In this document: positions 35,480 to 48,909 of the stretch, one piece after another
Layout of the letters: each line of letters opens with the position of its first letter
Numbering within the stretch: position 1 is the first letter of the stretch
Assembly: GCF_001194135.2 (NCBI RefSeq)
Contig: NC_068982.1
Coordinates: 57,780,514-57,844,513, forward strand
Length of the DNA: 64,000 bases
Source: Octopus bimaculoides
Lineage: Eukaryota
Direction: 5' to 3'
The notes under the pieces: model-generated
Told to the model about the DNA's origin: nothing
Database searches by the model: none
What the model saw: only the letters and a program-made list of their open reading frames with translations
Position numbers and translations under genes: made by a program

Positions 35480-36780
35480 TGCCACTACCAATCATTGCAC
35501 AAAGTCAGGAATTGAGAAATATCATTACAGATCAAAGTATAACTCTCAGTAAGAGACAACCTAAAAACTTGAAAAAGTTATTAACAAAGGCAAGGTTTGA
35601 CCTCAGCAACAAAAATCAAACATTCACTGTGTCCAAATGCAATGATAGCCGATGCGGTACATGCCAATCAATTCATACCGGACCATATATGAACACAAAA
35701 CCAGGGAAAATATTCACCAATGTGAACATGAACTGCAAAAGTAGAAATCTAATCTACTGCATCAAATGCCTAAATTGTGAAGAACTGTACGTTGGCCAGA
35801 CAGGTAATGCACTATCGGAACGCTCACGTGTGCATTGACAACAAATTAAAAACCCAGAGGTCCGCCAAATACCACTGAGTAACCATCTGGCAACATGTGG
35901 TCGAAAAACTTATATGATATTTCCATTCCATAAACTTTACAACCTAAATGAAATTAAGAGAAAAGGACTTTATTAAGAAATTCAAAGCCACTCTTAACAA
36001 ACAATGATTAAATTAACCTTACTTGGGGTTTAAAAATCTTATCCCTATAACTAAAACACAAAAAAATCTCTCAAATGTCATCATTTCTAAAAATAAACAT
36101 TGAAAAATGGTTTGGCATCATCTCTAAAAATAGCCAAACTCCTACTGCTGCTGCCCAAAGGAATGTGTATAAAATACAAAAGAACAGCCAGTCAACTACA
36201 GTGCATCTGTCAAACGGGACCTTGATGACTGCTATAAAGCAGGAAAGTATACTAGCCCCTATATATATTTAATACTCACTATTCCATATATTCAATAAGA
36301 CATTCAATACTTCATTTCATTTTACTATTTATATTATATATTCCATATTCTATATCCCACATTAATTTTATAAGAATATAAATAAAACATAAAAAAACAG
36401 ACAGAGTTGGAACTCTTTTAAATAATATATATATATATATAAATTTATTTATGAGGGTAGAAATTTAAAAGGATACACAGAATGTAATTTGTAGAACTCT
36501 ACATGTGCTCCCTTTCGGTTGGACGTCCTGTGTCTAGTTCTGGAAATTACATCGCAAATCGACAGACTACGCTGACGATCCTGCAGTTATTTACATATGT
36601 AAATTTTAACAGGTGAAACCATGGTACGTAGGTTAATCGTTTTTATTTAGTATTTTTTCATTTGTCTTGCCCTTTTACAGTCTGTTGTGTCGCAGAATTT
36701 TTACTGAGAACATATATTTTTTTTCGTGGTTAGATGATTCGGCATCTATTTCTAGCATATAGGAGTCCACTTTTGCTGGT
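35480..36780 (+). mobile_element. 5'-truncated Penelope-like element (linker, GIY-YIG endonuclease, 3' region with hammerhead)
   Basis: ORF 35467..35838 CNDSRCGTC...NCKSRNLIYCIKCLNCEELYVGQTGNALSERSRVH*; the frame continues QQIKNPEVRQIPLSNHLATC after a TGA. Confidence 0.88.
36567..36631 (+). ncRNA. Minimal type I hammerhead ribozyme motif
   Basis: Stem I CTACG/CGTAG; core CTGACGA; stem II CCTG...CAGG with T.T at the closing position; GAAA; stem III C-CATG-G with palindromic loop; GTA cleavage triplet at 36624-36626. Confidence 0.72.
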
Positions 36781-37332
36781 CATCCCTCTTATTTTTGTAT
36801 ATATNNNNNNNNNNNNNNNNNNNNNNNNNNNNNNNNNNNNNNNNNNNNNNNNNNNNNNNNNNNNNNNNNNNNNNNNNNNNNNNNNNNNNATATATATATA
36901 TATATATATAATGGGCTTCTTTCAGTTTCTCTCTCCCAAATCCACTCACAAGGATTTGGTTGGCCTGAGGCTATAGTAGAATACTCTTGCCCAAGGTGCT
37001 ATGCAGTGGGACTGAACCTGGAACCATGTGATTGGTAAGCAAGCTACTTACCACACAGCCACTCGTGCATACACACACACACACATATATATACATATAT
37101 ATATATACGAAAAAGTTGAAGACAGGGATGAAATTCACACTATGAAAATGACATATTATCTGTAGAAGTAGAAATAGCACATTCCCCTTTATTGCTAATA
37201 AACATTAAAAACAACAAAAGAAGCCAAAAAAAAATATTACATGGCTACCAGCTATTATGATCTAGAAACATAATTTATGAGTTACAAACACAGATGTATA
37301 AATACATACAAATACGACAGATAGACAGGGAT

Positions 37333-37372
<40 letters not shown>

Positions 37373-38129
37373 GTAGACAGATGGATAGGCAGATAGGTAG
37401 ACAGAATGGACAGACTCTAATATGCACTGCATCTATTAAAAGCATAAATCCATCAGTGGAAAATATAACAACAAATAATGATGTTATAATAATAATAATA
37501 ATAATGAGGATGATGATAATGAGGATGATGATAATGGTGATGATGATGATAAAATTATTATTATTATTGACAAATTTAGTGACAGCTACAGGCAATGGTG
37601 TTTATGAAATTTTCAGGTAAGAAAAAAAGTTTCTATTCATCATCATCATCATCAACAACTTTTCTGTAGTAGTATTTGTAGTGGTGGCGGTGTTTGCAAA
37701 ATTGCTTAATATTAATAGAACACTGAATTTTTGAAAATAGACAGAAATAAGAGAGAGAGGGGGGGGGGAGGGAGAATGGAAGAATACAATTAAAAAAAAT
37801 GTATACAAATTATATCAAAGGCATCAAAAATAGATGAGAGAGGTGGGAAGGGTGATGGGAAACATTATATGAAAAATAAAGAAATAAATGAATATAATAA
37901 AAGAATTGACAACAAACACTCTCAAAAATATATCAAAGCCAACAAAAAACCAAAAAAATACATCTTTGCATATATTTATATTCACACATATATGTATGTA
38001 TTTATACACGCATACATATATACATATGCTTGTCTACATATGTATATATACACATAAGCATATTAAAATAAAAATACAACTAGCATGCATATAAAGACTC
38101 ACACACACACTGTATATGCATGTAGATAT

Positions 38130-38560
38130 GCATATATGATCATTGCCAGGGCCGCTGACTGGCTCCTGTGCCAGTGGCATGTAAAAAGCATCATTTAAGC
38201 GTGATTGTTGCCAGTGTTGCCTGACTGGCTTCTGTGCCGGTGGCATATAAAAACACCATTCGTATGTGGTCATTGCCAGTGCCGCCAGACTGGCTCCCGT
38301 GTAGGTGGCACGTAAAAAGCACCATTTGAGCATGGCTGATGCCAGTACCTCCTGACTGGCCCTCATGCCGGTGGCAAGTAAAAGCACCCACTACTCTCTC
38401 GGAGTGATTGGCATTAGGAAAGACATCCAGCTGTAGAAACTTTGCCAGATCAGATTGGAGCCTGGTGCAGCCTTCTGGCTCGCCAGCCCTCAGTAAAACC
38501 GTCCAACCCATGCAAGCATGGAAAGCGGATGTTAAACGATGATGATGATGATGATGATGA
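38130..38560 (+). mobile_element. RTE LINE 3' UTR fragment with tandem sub-repeats and (GAT)n tail
   Basis: Repeats of gccagtggcatgtaaaaagcacc, ending gaaagcggatgttaaacgatgatgatg. A similar piece lies at 58180-58590. Confidence 0.85.
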
Positions 38561-39019
38561 CATTTGCATTCTTGTTGCCTGACCAAATACAAACAAGTCA
38601 GTAATTCAGAGTACTCAGAGTATGATCCTCAGCTTTGAAATAGTAATCTCAGTTCACACTCACACATATTCATTATTACTACTAGCTGGGCCTGTCCCAT
38701 CAAAAATGATGGCTAATTGTAGTATTTTACATATAAATATGGACGGTAAATCAAATTAATACACTTGTCAATGTTCACATACATTCACATACTTCCCTTC
38801 TACACACATAGAGTTGAAATTCTGTTTGATTTTTCTTCCTGGCATTGAATGTTTACCATCCCACCAGTTTATCATCACACCTTCCTTATTCATTTATCAC
38901 CCCTTCCTTTCCCATTCATATGTTGTGACGGAGAAAAACACAAGAGCATTATTATAGTAGATCATAATAATTTTATTATTATTATAGATGTTTTCGATCT
39001 AGTTTGGATTCTTTGCCAG

Positions 39020-39381
39020 TGAGCTGTCAGAATCATTAGCACACTAGGCGAAATGCTTAGCAGTATTTTGTCCATCTTCACGTTCTAAGTTCAATTTCTG
39101 AGAGGTCGACTTTGCCTTTCATCCTTTGAAGGTTGATAAATTAAGTACCAGTGAAACTCTGGCATTGATATAATCGACTAGTCCCCTCCACCAAAATTTC
39201 AAGCCTTGTGCTTATAGTAGAAAGGATCATTATTATTATTATTATTATTAAGGAGGCGAGCTGGTAAAATTGTTTGCGTTTTTGGGGGTCGATAAAATAA
39301 GTATCAGTTGTACATCGGAGACAATGTAATCGACTGTCTCCCTCTCTCGAAGTTTCAGGCCTTGTGCCTCTAGCAGAAAGG

Positions 39382-39414
<33 letters not shown>

Positions 39415-40060
39415 CTTAAGGTGGTGAGCTGGCAGAATTGTTAGNNNNNNNNNNNNNNNNNNNNNNNNNNNNNNNNNNNNNNNNNNNNNNNNNNNNNNNN
39501 NNNNNNNAGAGGTCGACTTTGCCTTTCATCCTTTGAAGGTTGATAAATTAAGTACCAGTGAAACTCTGGCATTGATATAATCGACTTAATCCGTTTGTCT
39601 GTCCTTGTTTGTCCCCTCTGTGTGTAGCCCCTTGTGGGCAGTAAAGAAATAAGAATTGTTAGGACACCGGATAAAATGCTCAGTGGCATTTTGTCTATCT
39701 TCATATTCTGAATTCAAATTCTGCCAAGGGTCAATAAAATGAGTACCAGTTGAGCACTGAGGTCAATATAATCAACTCCCCCACCCCCGAAATGCTGACC
39801 GTGTGCCAAAATTTGAAATCATGATTATTATTATTATTAATATAGGGGCAAACTAGCAGATCCATTAGTGTAATGGACAAAATGCTTTGTTGCATTTCAT
39901 TTGTCTTACATTCTGAGTTCAAACTCCACCAAGGTTGGCTTTGTCTTTCATCCATTTAGGGGTCTATGAATTAAGTACTAGTCGAGCGCTGAGGATGTTG
40001 CAATGGACTAGTCACCTGCCCCCAAATTTCATTCCGTGTTCCTATAAAAGAAAGGATTAT
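39020..40060 (+). mobile_element. Head-to-tail cluster of about five SINE-like family B copies separated by (ATT)n
   Basis: Repeats of ggcgagctggcagaat...ttcaaattc...aggtcgactttgcctttcatcc...aatcgact...gaaaggattattatt. A similar cluster lies at 42360-42750. Confidence 0.8.
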
Positions 40061-40190
40061 TATTAATATTATTAATCACCAGAAATGAATGTCCTACTTG
40101 AAACTTTCAGCCTTTCAGTCACTTTGTAACTTCTGATTAAAAGCAGTATAATATACATGTGTGTGCGTGTGTAAGATTATTCTTACATTC

Positions 40191-40238
<48 letters not shown>

Positions 40239-40399
40239 TCTCATCATCATCTAAAGTCTCTTTTCCTTGATGGTATGCGTTAGATGGTTTGACTGAAACT
40301 GGTATGCAGGAGAGTTGCACCAAGTTCCAGCCTGATTTGGCATGGTTTCTGTGGCTGGATGATAGGAGATATATGTATACATACACATACACATAAGTA

Positions 40400-40586
40400 T
40401 AGGTGTGTATGCATGTGTACAGTATCAGAGAGAGAGAGAGAAAGAGAGAGAGAGAGGGGTGGTGGTACTCAATCATTGTAATTTCCTTCTGCGATGGCAA
40501 AGGGAAAGGGACTGGAATGTAGTGTAGCAGAAGTAGCAGTATAAATGGTGGAGGCAGTGATGACGACAATGATGACAACGATGAAG

Positions 40587-40618
<32 letters not shown>

Positions 40619-41258
40619 TACTACTATGATGCAGAAAGCAGCAGTAAGTAAGAGGGTAGTGGTGATGTGTGTGATAGTGATGAAGAGCAGTGATAGATGT
40701 TAAGGCAAGGACAGAGAAAACCAGAGAATATGGTAATAGCAGTAGTGATAGTGGTGGTGGGTCGGTGGGTGGGTTAGCAGAGGGGACAGTGGTGTAGGAT
40801 GGTTGATAGTAAGGGAGGGGCTGATGATGAGAGGAGATATTGGACAAATTCAATTTGGCAAATTACAGAGGAGGTCCAATGGATACGATTAAAGTGAGAA
40901 CAGTGGCCCGTGGTGGAATCTTTTAGAAATTACATGCTGGTTGGTAAGGGGTTGGTGAGGGGCAAAAATATGTTCATTAATTTCGGCAGAGGGGCAGCAG
41001 CATTCAAACTGTCATCAGATGGAAGTAAGCTCTGGGCATTGTGTTCGTCTACAGACAGAACAGAGATAGTTCTGAGGGAAAAATTATTATTATTGTTGTT
41101 GTTGTTGTTATGCATGAGTAATCATTATGGTAAGGAGAGAGAGGAAAGGGCGGTCAAGAAAATGGAGACGGAATAAAGAGAAGATGTGGGGAGAGAGAAA
41201 GGGGTAAGAAACAAGAAGGGAAAGAGAGAGGAAGTGAGAGAGAGAAGTAAGAGAGAGA

Positions 41259-41295
<37 letters not shown>

Positions 41296-41396
41296 AAAGT
41301 ATAAAGTAAAAGGAAATGTAGAGAGTGGAAATCAAAGTGATGAGAAAGAGCAGTCCAAGACAGAGGCTGGTGAGGGAAAAGGAAATGGAAAATAAA

Positions 41397-41432
<36 letters not shown>

Positions 41433-41600
41433 AGACATGGAGAACAGAAAAAGAGGATAAGAAAAAAGTGAAGTGTGATGTGATTAGAGAGAGAGTGAAA
41501 TTAAAAGGGAAGGAAAGATAATGAGAAACAGCTAGAGAGAAAAATGAGAGAGAACATTAAGAGAGATGTGTTAAAAAATACAGAAGAAAGAACAGATAAA
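40400..41600. repeat. Strand-asymmetric purine-rich low-complexity tract with (GA)n, (TTA)n and G-runs
   Basis: Direct reading; no convincing splice-compatible ORF. Confidence 0.7.
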
Positions 41601-42789
41601 ATCCAGTTAAAAGGAAAACCAAAACCAAACCCAAATCCAAACCAAAAAAAAACAAAAAAAAAATATTAGACAATGGATGGGATAAAAGGGTAGCTCCTTC
41701 TTGAGTCATATAGATTCTTAAGGCCAGTTTCCTGGCTTCTGTGGTGTATATATATTCCCCACCTGGATGGGACGCTGGTCCATTGCAGGATTACTCACCT
41801 TGGTCAGCTGAGTGGACTGGAAAAATGTGAAATGAAGTTTTTTTACTCAAGAACATAATGCACTGCCTGGTCCAAGAATTGAAACCACAATCTTACGATC
41901 ATGAGTCCAACACCCTAACCACTAAACTAAGCCATGTGCCATCACAATGGGTGAGATAAGAAATATCAAAACAAAGAAAACTTTGGAAAATCACATGAAG
42001 AAGAAGGGAGTAGTTAAGATAGCTTGGTAAAAACCTAGCTAGATCCTGCTAAAACTTCATGATGGAGTCTCTACATAAGTTACGCAACCAGCAAGAAAGA
42101 GAAGCCAAATGTCCTTCAAATCAAACTTCATTGTCTTAAACAAGTGTGGCCATATTAGGTATTGTAATCTTGGATATTTTTCAAAAAAGATGGGAGGATC
42201 ACAGCTGGAAGGCTTTTGATCAAAGGCTTGCCTGATTCAATTCTGCTGAGGTCAATTTTGCCTTTCACTTCCAATCTCTGATTGATAAAAAAAGGATAAT
42301 CAATGAAGGATTGAGGTTGATTTAATCAGCTAATATCTTTTCCTTGAATTTCTAACAATTATGTTGAACAAAATGTTTAGTGGCATTTCTTCTGACTTTA
42401 CCTTCTGAGTTCAAATACCGCTGAGGTCAACTTTACCTTTCATCCTTTTAGGGTTGATGAAAGAAGCACCAGTTGAACACTGGGGTTGATGTAATCGACT
42501 AGCCCCTCCCCCCAAATTTCAGGCCTTGTGCCTTTAGTAGAAAGGATTTTTCTTCTTATTAAGGCGATGAGCTGGCAGAATCTTTAGCATGCTAGCTGAA
42601 ATACTTAGTAGTATTTCATTTATCTTTACATTCTGAGTTCAAATTTTGTTATGGTTGACTTGGCCTTTCATCCTTTTGGGGTTGATAAATTAAATGCCAG
42701 TGAAATACTGGGGTCAATGTAATCGACTTAACCCCTCCACTGAAATTTCCTCCTCCTTCTTCTTCTAATTATTATTATTATTATTAATA

Positions 42790-43200
42790 TAGACAATTGA
42801 GAATTCACTGCAAATTGGTAGGACATGTTTGAATGAAAAATGATTGCATTCTGAAAATTCTTTTGTATGGCCAACAAGAAGAGGGATTCGTTGGTAAAAG
42901 AAGACCCTGCTAAGGTGTAAGGATAAGTTGAAACAATCCCTAAAATCCTTACAGCTTAACTTAAAGTCTTGGGAAAGTTATTGCCTAGATTGATTTAAGT
43001 GGCATAGAATGTAACATGAAGCATCAAAACAATTTGAGTTGAAGAAACAGAATAATAAAAGAATGATATTCTGCAATCAACAGACACATTTGTCCAATTC
43101 CAAGTATAATCAAAATCATCATTGTCTCCACTGTAACTTCATAGCGAAACCCCTACCTGGACCAAAATTACACTCAAGCAACCATTGCAAATACATGCAG
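42790..43200 (+). mobile_element. Degenerate RTE-type LINE C-terminus of a different, older family
   Basis: Remnant translation RQLR...GHV..M....LKILLYGQQEEG...RP...KDKLKQSLKS...WES, typical of RTE RT C-termini. Confidence 0.6.
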
Positions 43201-44632
43201 CTTCTTTTGTAATCCTTTTTTTTCTTCTTTTCTTAATCTTTTCCTTCAAACACTCATACATTGAAATCAACAGGAGTGATAATCATTATTAATGTAGAAC
43301 ATAAATCTGGTTTATTAAACACATACATATTGTTTGTGTTTTAGTTTAGCCTCAGGTCAGTCCAAATTGAGTTGACTCATGATCAAAGGAATTTCCTCCA
43401 GGATTACTCCATTCCATTTTCTTTTCAAGCATAATGTACATAGGACTACATTATCCAATGTGTTCTCTTTTTCTCTCTAAGACAAAAGTGTGTGTGGTTT
43501 AAGGAAAATGTAGCTGGTATTTCTAGGAGGCCAAGCAACCACACAACAAATCTACACTGGTTTACATAGACTCTAGGTTGAATCTGTGCTGGGTCACACA
43601 GACTGCATTTCTCCTCTATTTCCAACAGATCCACTCTGCTTTTACTTCAATTTTTTCTGCTACATATCACCAATTATTGGTTGTCAATGACAAGTCTGAT
43701 TTTACTGATTTGTGTTGACTTCATATATGTAAGTTGTTGACCAGATTCCCAAAATTCCAACTTGTTTATAAAGAAAACCATTAGTCAAATTTTTACTGAT
43801 AAAACAAAATACTGTTTACAACTATTTGTGTTTGGAAACTAAAAGGTTCCAAGTTCAAATCACAGTATAGATCTACTACATTTTTAAACAGTCTATTTCT
43901 GAAACCTTTATTCTGTTCAGAGATTACAAATCTGGATCCAATATACTAATAAAACAACAATTTGTCTCACACAATAAAACAGAATGACAATCATCCTCCT
44001 CATCATTTCGCTTCCCTTTTTAATGCTGGCTTGGGTTTGACTTGAACTGGTAAGCCAGAGAACTGCACCAGGCTCCAGTCTGGTCCGGCTCAGTTTCTAT
44101 GGTTGGATGCCCTTATTAATGCCAACCACTCCACAGAGTGTACCTGGTGCTTTTATGTGTCACCAGCACAGGTACCTTTCACATGTCACCTGCACTGTCT
44201 GTGACCACAATTTCATTTAGCCTGATGTGTCTTCTGAAGCACAGCAAATCGCCAAAAGTCTCAGTTACTTGTCATTGCCTCCGTGAGACTCAAAATCTGA
44301 AGACCATATTTTATTATCTCATCCTATGTCTTCCTGGATCTACCTCTTCCACAGGTTTCATCTACAGTTAGATTGGTACTTCTTTATGTAGCTGTCCTCA
44401 TCCATATGCACCACATGGCCATACCAGCACAATCTTCTCTCTTGTACACTACATCTTATATCTTATACCCTTAATACCCAATTTTTCTCTTAAGACATGC
44501 TCTGACAGTGGATGATCCAAATCAAACTAAAACAGCATATATAGTTTGGTGGTGATTCCGTAGACTGTTACAACTCTTTTGGATGGTTATCACAGTGACA
44601 TAAGTCTACTTAAGTAAAAATGAACTGTAATG

Positions 44633-47600
44633 TTCACCGTCGTTTAACGTCCGCTTTCCATGCTAGCATGGGTTGGACGATTTGACTGAAGACTGGTGAA
44701 ACCAGATGGCTACACCAGGCTCCAATCTGATTTGGCAGAGTTTCTACGGCTGGATGCCCTTCCTAACGCCAACCACTCAGAGAGTGTAGTGGGTGCTTTT
44801 ACGTGTCACCCGCACGAAGGCCAGTCAGGCGGTACTGGCGACGGCCACGCTCAAGATGTATTTTATGTGCCACCTGCACAAGAGCCAGTCCAGGGGCACT
44901 GGCAACGATCTCGCTCGAAAATCCTAAGAAGGCCAGTCAGGCGGTACTGGCAACGGCCACGCTCAAAACGGTGTATTTTATGTGCNNNNNNNNNNNNNNN
45001 NNNNNNNNNNNNNNNNNNNNNNNNNNNNNNNNNNNNNNNNNNNNNNNNNNNNNNNNNNNNNNNNNNNNNNNNNNNNNNNNNNNNNNNNNNNNNNNNNNNN
45101 NNNNNNNNNNNNNNNNNNNNNNNNNNNNNNNNNNNNNNNNNNNNNNNNNNNNNNNNNNNNNNNNNNNNNNNNNNNNNNNNNNNNNNNNNNNNNNNNNNNN
45201 NNNNNNNNNNNNNNNNNNNNNNNNNNNNNNNNNNNNNNNNNNNNNNNNNNNNNNNNNNNNNNNNNNNNNNNNNNNNNNNNNNNNNNNNNNNNNNNNNNNN
45301 NNNNNNNNNNNNNNNNNNNNNNNNNNNNNNNNNNNNNNNNNNNNNNNNNNNNNNNNNNNNNNNNNNNNNNNNNNNNNNNNNNNNNNNNNNNNNNNNNNNN
45401 NNNNNNNNNNNNNNNNNNNNNNNNNNNNNNNNNNNNNNNNNNNNNNNNNNNNNNNNNNNNNNNNNNNNNNNNNNNNNNNNNNNNNNNNNNNNNNNNNNNN
45501 NNNNNNNNNNNNNNNNNNNNNNNNNNNNNNNNNNNNNNNNNNNNNNNNNNNNNNNNNNNNNNNNNNNNNNNNNNNNNNNNNNNNNNNNNNNNNNNNNNNN
45601 NNNNNNCTTCTCACGCACAGCATATTTCCAAAGGTCTCGGTCAGAAGTCATCGCCTCGGTGAGGTCCAAAGTTCAAAGGTCGTGCCACACCACCTCATCC
45701 CAGGTCTTCCTGGGCCTACCTCTTCTACAGGTTCCCTCAACTGCTAGGGTGTGGCACTTTTTCACACAGCTATCCTCATCCATTCTCGCTACATGACCAT
45801 ACCAGCACAGTCGTCTCTCTTGCACTCCACAACTGATGCTTTGTAAGTTCAACTTTTCTCTCAAGGTACTAATAATCTGTCTAGTATGCACACTGACATT
45901 ACATATCCATCGGAGCATACTGGCTTCATTCCTTGCGAGCCTACGCATGTCCTCAGCAGTCGCAGCCCATGTACGAACAGCCATGAAGCACGGCTGTTCG
46001 TACACATGTGTCAAACAGTCTGCCTTTTACTCTGAGTGAGAGGCCCCTTGTCACCAGCAGAGGTAAGAGCTCTCTGAACTTTGCCCAGGCTATTCTTATT
46101 CTAGCAACTACACTTTCAGCGCACCCTCCCCCACTACTAACTTGGTCACCTAGATAGCAGAAGCTATCAACTACGTCTAGTTTTTCTCCCTGGAATGTGA
46201 CAGAAGCTGTTTTCTGTACATTTACAGTGTTTATAGCTCCTGAACATCTGCTACATACAAAAACTAACTTCCTAGTTAACCTTCCTTTGATATTGCTGCA
46301 CCTCTTATGTGTCCATAGCTTGGACTGGGTGCATCTTANNNNNNNNNNNNNNNNNNNNNNNNNNNNNNNNNNNNNNNNNNNNNNNNNNNNNNNNNNNNNN
46401 NNNNNNNNNNNNNNNNNNNNNNNNNNNNNNNNNNNNNNNNNNNNNNNNNNNNNNNNNNNNNNNNNNNNNNNNNNNNNNNNNNNNNNNNNNNNNNNNNNNN
46501 NNNNNNNNNNNNNNNNNNNNNNNNNNNNNNNNNNNNNNNNNNNNNNNNNNNNNNNNNNNNNNNNNNNNNNNNNNNNNNNNNNNNNNNNNNNNNNNNNNNN
46601 NNNNNNNNNNNNNNNNNNNNNNNNNNNNNNNNNNNNNNNNNNNNNNNNNNNNNNNNNNNNNNNNNNNNNNNNNNNNNNNNNNNNNNNNNNNNNNNNNNNN
46701 NNNNNNNNNNNNNNNNNNNNNNNNNNNNNNNNNNNNNNNNNNNNNNNNNNNNNNNNNNNNNNNNNNNNNNNNNNNNNNNNNNNNNNNNNNNNNNNNNNNN
46801 NNNNNNNNNNNNNNNNNNNNNNNNNNNNNNNNNNNNNNNNNNNNNNNNNNNNNNNNNNNNNNNNNNNNNNNNNNNNNNNNNNNNNNNNNNNNNNNNNNNN
46901 NNNNNNNNNNNNNNNNNNNNNNNNNNNNNNNNNNNNNNNNNNNNNNNNNNNNNNNNNNNNNNNNNNNNNNNNNNNNNNNNNNNNNNNNNNNNNNNNNNNN
47001 NNNNNNTTGTAGCAGTTGACTATGGTGCTGTTACACCAGTCATTACGTATGACTCCTTCATGTATCACCTGGTTAACTATACAGGTGACTAGGCTATAGC
47101 CGACACTGCCAGATATTTTGAGCATCTCTGCAGTGATTCCTGAAGGGCCAGGGGCTTTCCCTGTTTTCATACTCTTAATAGCTTTATCTACCATGGTACT
47201 GTCAACTCGAATCGCTGCTCCCTCTGTTGGGTCGACATTCGGCAGACTCTCTTTCTCCCATTCGTTCTCTTTATTGAGCAACCTTTCGTAGTGGCATCTC
47301 CATACCTCTTTCTTTGCAGCCTCGTTTAGTGCAAGCGTACTATCATCCATGCGAACATATTTCTCTCCGACGACCTCACAATTCTCTCTCACACACTGTC
47401 TTGCAACATGAAATACCTCAAGCCTTTGGTCCTCACGGCGCAGAACATTGGCAAACTTTTTCTTATCTGCTTCCCCTCTGACTAAATAAATTTGTCGCCT
47501 AGCTTCCCTTCTAGCAGTCTGATACAATTCCCTGCTATCACCGTTCTTCCAGTCCCTCCAAGCCTGTTTCTGTTGTTTAATAGCCATGTCAACAACATTG

Positions 47601-48909
47601 TTCCACCACCACGTTATTTTGGGTTGAGAGGGGACTTTGCACCATCCACAGATCTGGTCAGTGGCCTTCAACAGGCTGTCCTGTAGAAACGTCCAGTTGT
47701 CTTCTACACCGTGTGAAGCTACTTCCCCTTCTAATTCGTCAAAGGCCTCAAGTAATAAGTCTCTAAATCTCTGTCCATTCGCAGGATCTTTGAGCTTCCA
47801 GACCCTTCTCCTCCAAGCTGGTCGTCTCCTGGGCAACCACTTGGCCCTAATCCTGAAGTCACTAACTACTAGTCTATGTTGTTGAGTGCATTCTTCGCCA
47901 GGGAATGTTTTGGCATTTATAAGCAGCCATCTTTCCCTTTTTCTGGTGAGGATGTAGTCAATTTGGCTAGAGTGTCTGCCAGAACGGTAGGTGACTAGGT
48001 GACTGAAGTTAGTATTGCAAACAATAAGGTCATTTGCGTCACAGAACTCCAGCAGCCTGGTTCCCTCCTCATTGCGGGAACCAAAACCATAGCCTCAATG
48101 TACGCCATAGAAGCCCCCTGAATGTCGTCCAACATGACCATTGAAGTCACCAGCCAAAACGAGAAGGTCCCTGTTATATGTCGACGAGGTAATCTGCAGG
48201 AGGGTGTCATAAAATTGGTCTTTCAGTCCGTCAGGTAGCCTGGGCTAAGGGGCATAGGCCGAGATAATGGTTGCTAACCCATGGTGAAAGACTAATCTAA
48301 CCTTAAGTATTCTATCGGATATTCTATCTACCTCGATTACCTTATCCACCCATTTCTCTGCAAGAAGTATACCTACGCCCCTGATCCCGTTTGAGTTCCC
48401 TGCCCAGAAAATCTTGTACCTGTGTTCTTTGCCTGTGAGGAACCTAGCGGAACCTCCTCTCCACCTTACTTCTTCGAGGCAGCAGATATCAACACGTCTC
48501 CGTTCAAGCATCTCAACAATCTCACCAGACCTACCTTTCAGTATGCCGACGTTGAGAGTGCCAACACTGAGGGTGTGGGAGGTATGGGCAGGTGGGACAG
48601 CCGCGTCATGTACCTGAAAAGAGAGCTTGCATTTTGCAGAATTCATAAACAATCAGCATAGAGGCATTCATTCCAGCCTGCATCCGCTACACAATATTTT
48701 GCACCACATGATCGCAACCTTACATAGGAGATAAACCCTAAAAAAGGGGGAGGGGTCGCGAAGCCTTTAGAAGTGTTCATGGGAGATAGTCAGGGACTTC
48801 CGGGACTGGTGGAGAAAATAGGAACTTCCGGTACTGGTATAGGGGGTGGGTGGGCGTGTAAACCGGGATCGAGAGAGACAGACACGACGGGAACTAAATA
48901 TAGCGACGT
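44633..48909 (-). mobile_element. Near-full-length RTE-clade LINE (APE plus RT), disabled
   Basis: EN: LSVGTLNVG...RRVDICCLEEVRW...IISAYAP (48652-48245). The same frame continues through two stops into the RT ORF 47836-45953 (KTGKAPGPSGITAEMLK...VDSFCYLGD), with a frameshift near 45975 and a further stop at 45673. Possible TSD tgtaatg at 44626-32 and 48910-16. Confidence 0.93.

Noticed and set aside
37545-37620. Resemblance of ...LLLLLTNLVTATGNGVYEIF to a Delta/Notch-ligand N-terminus
   Set aside because: The hydrophobic run derives from (ATT)/(GAT) microsatellites and no downstream DSL or EGF exons were seen.
40473-41176. ORFs with poly-N, poly-H and poly-L (40473..40853, 40910..41176, 40930..41115)
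   Set aside because: Low-complexity purine-rich tract, no consistent frame or splice sites, no recognisable domain.
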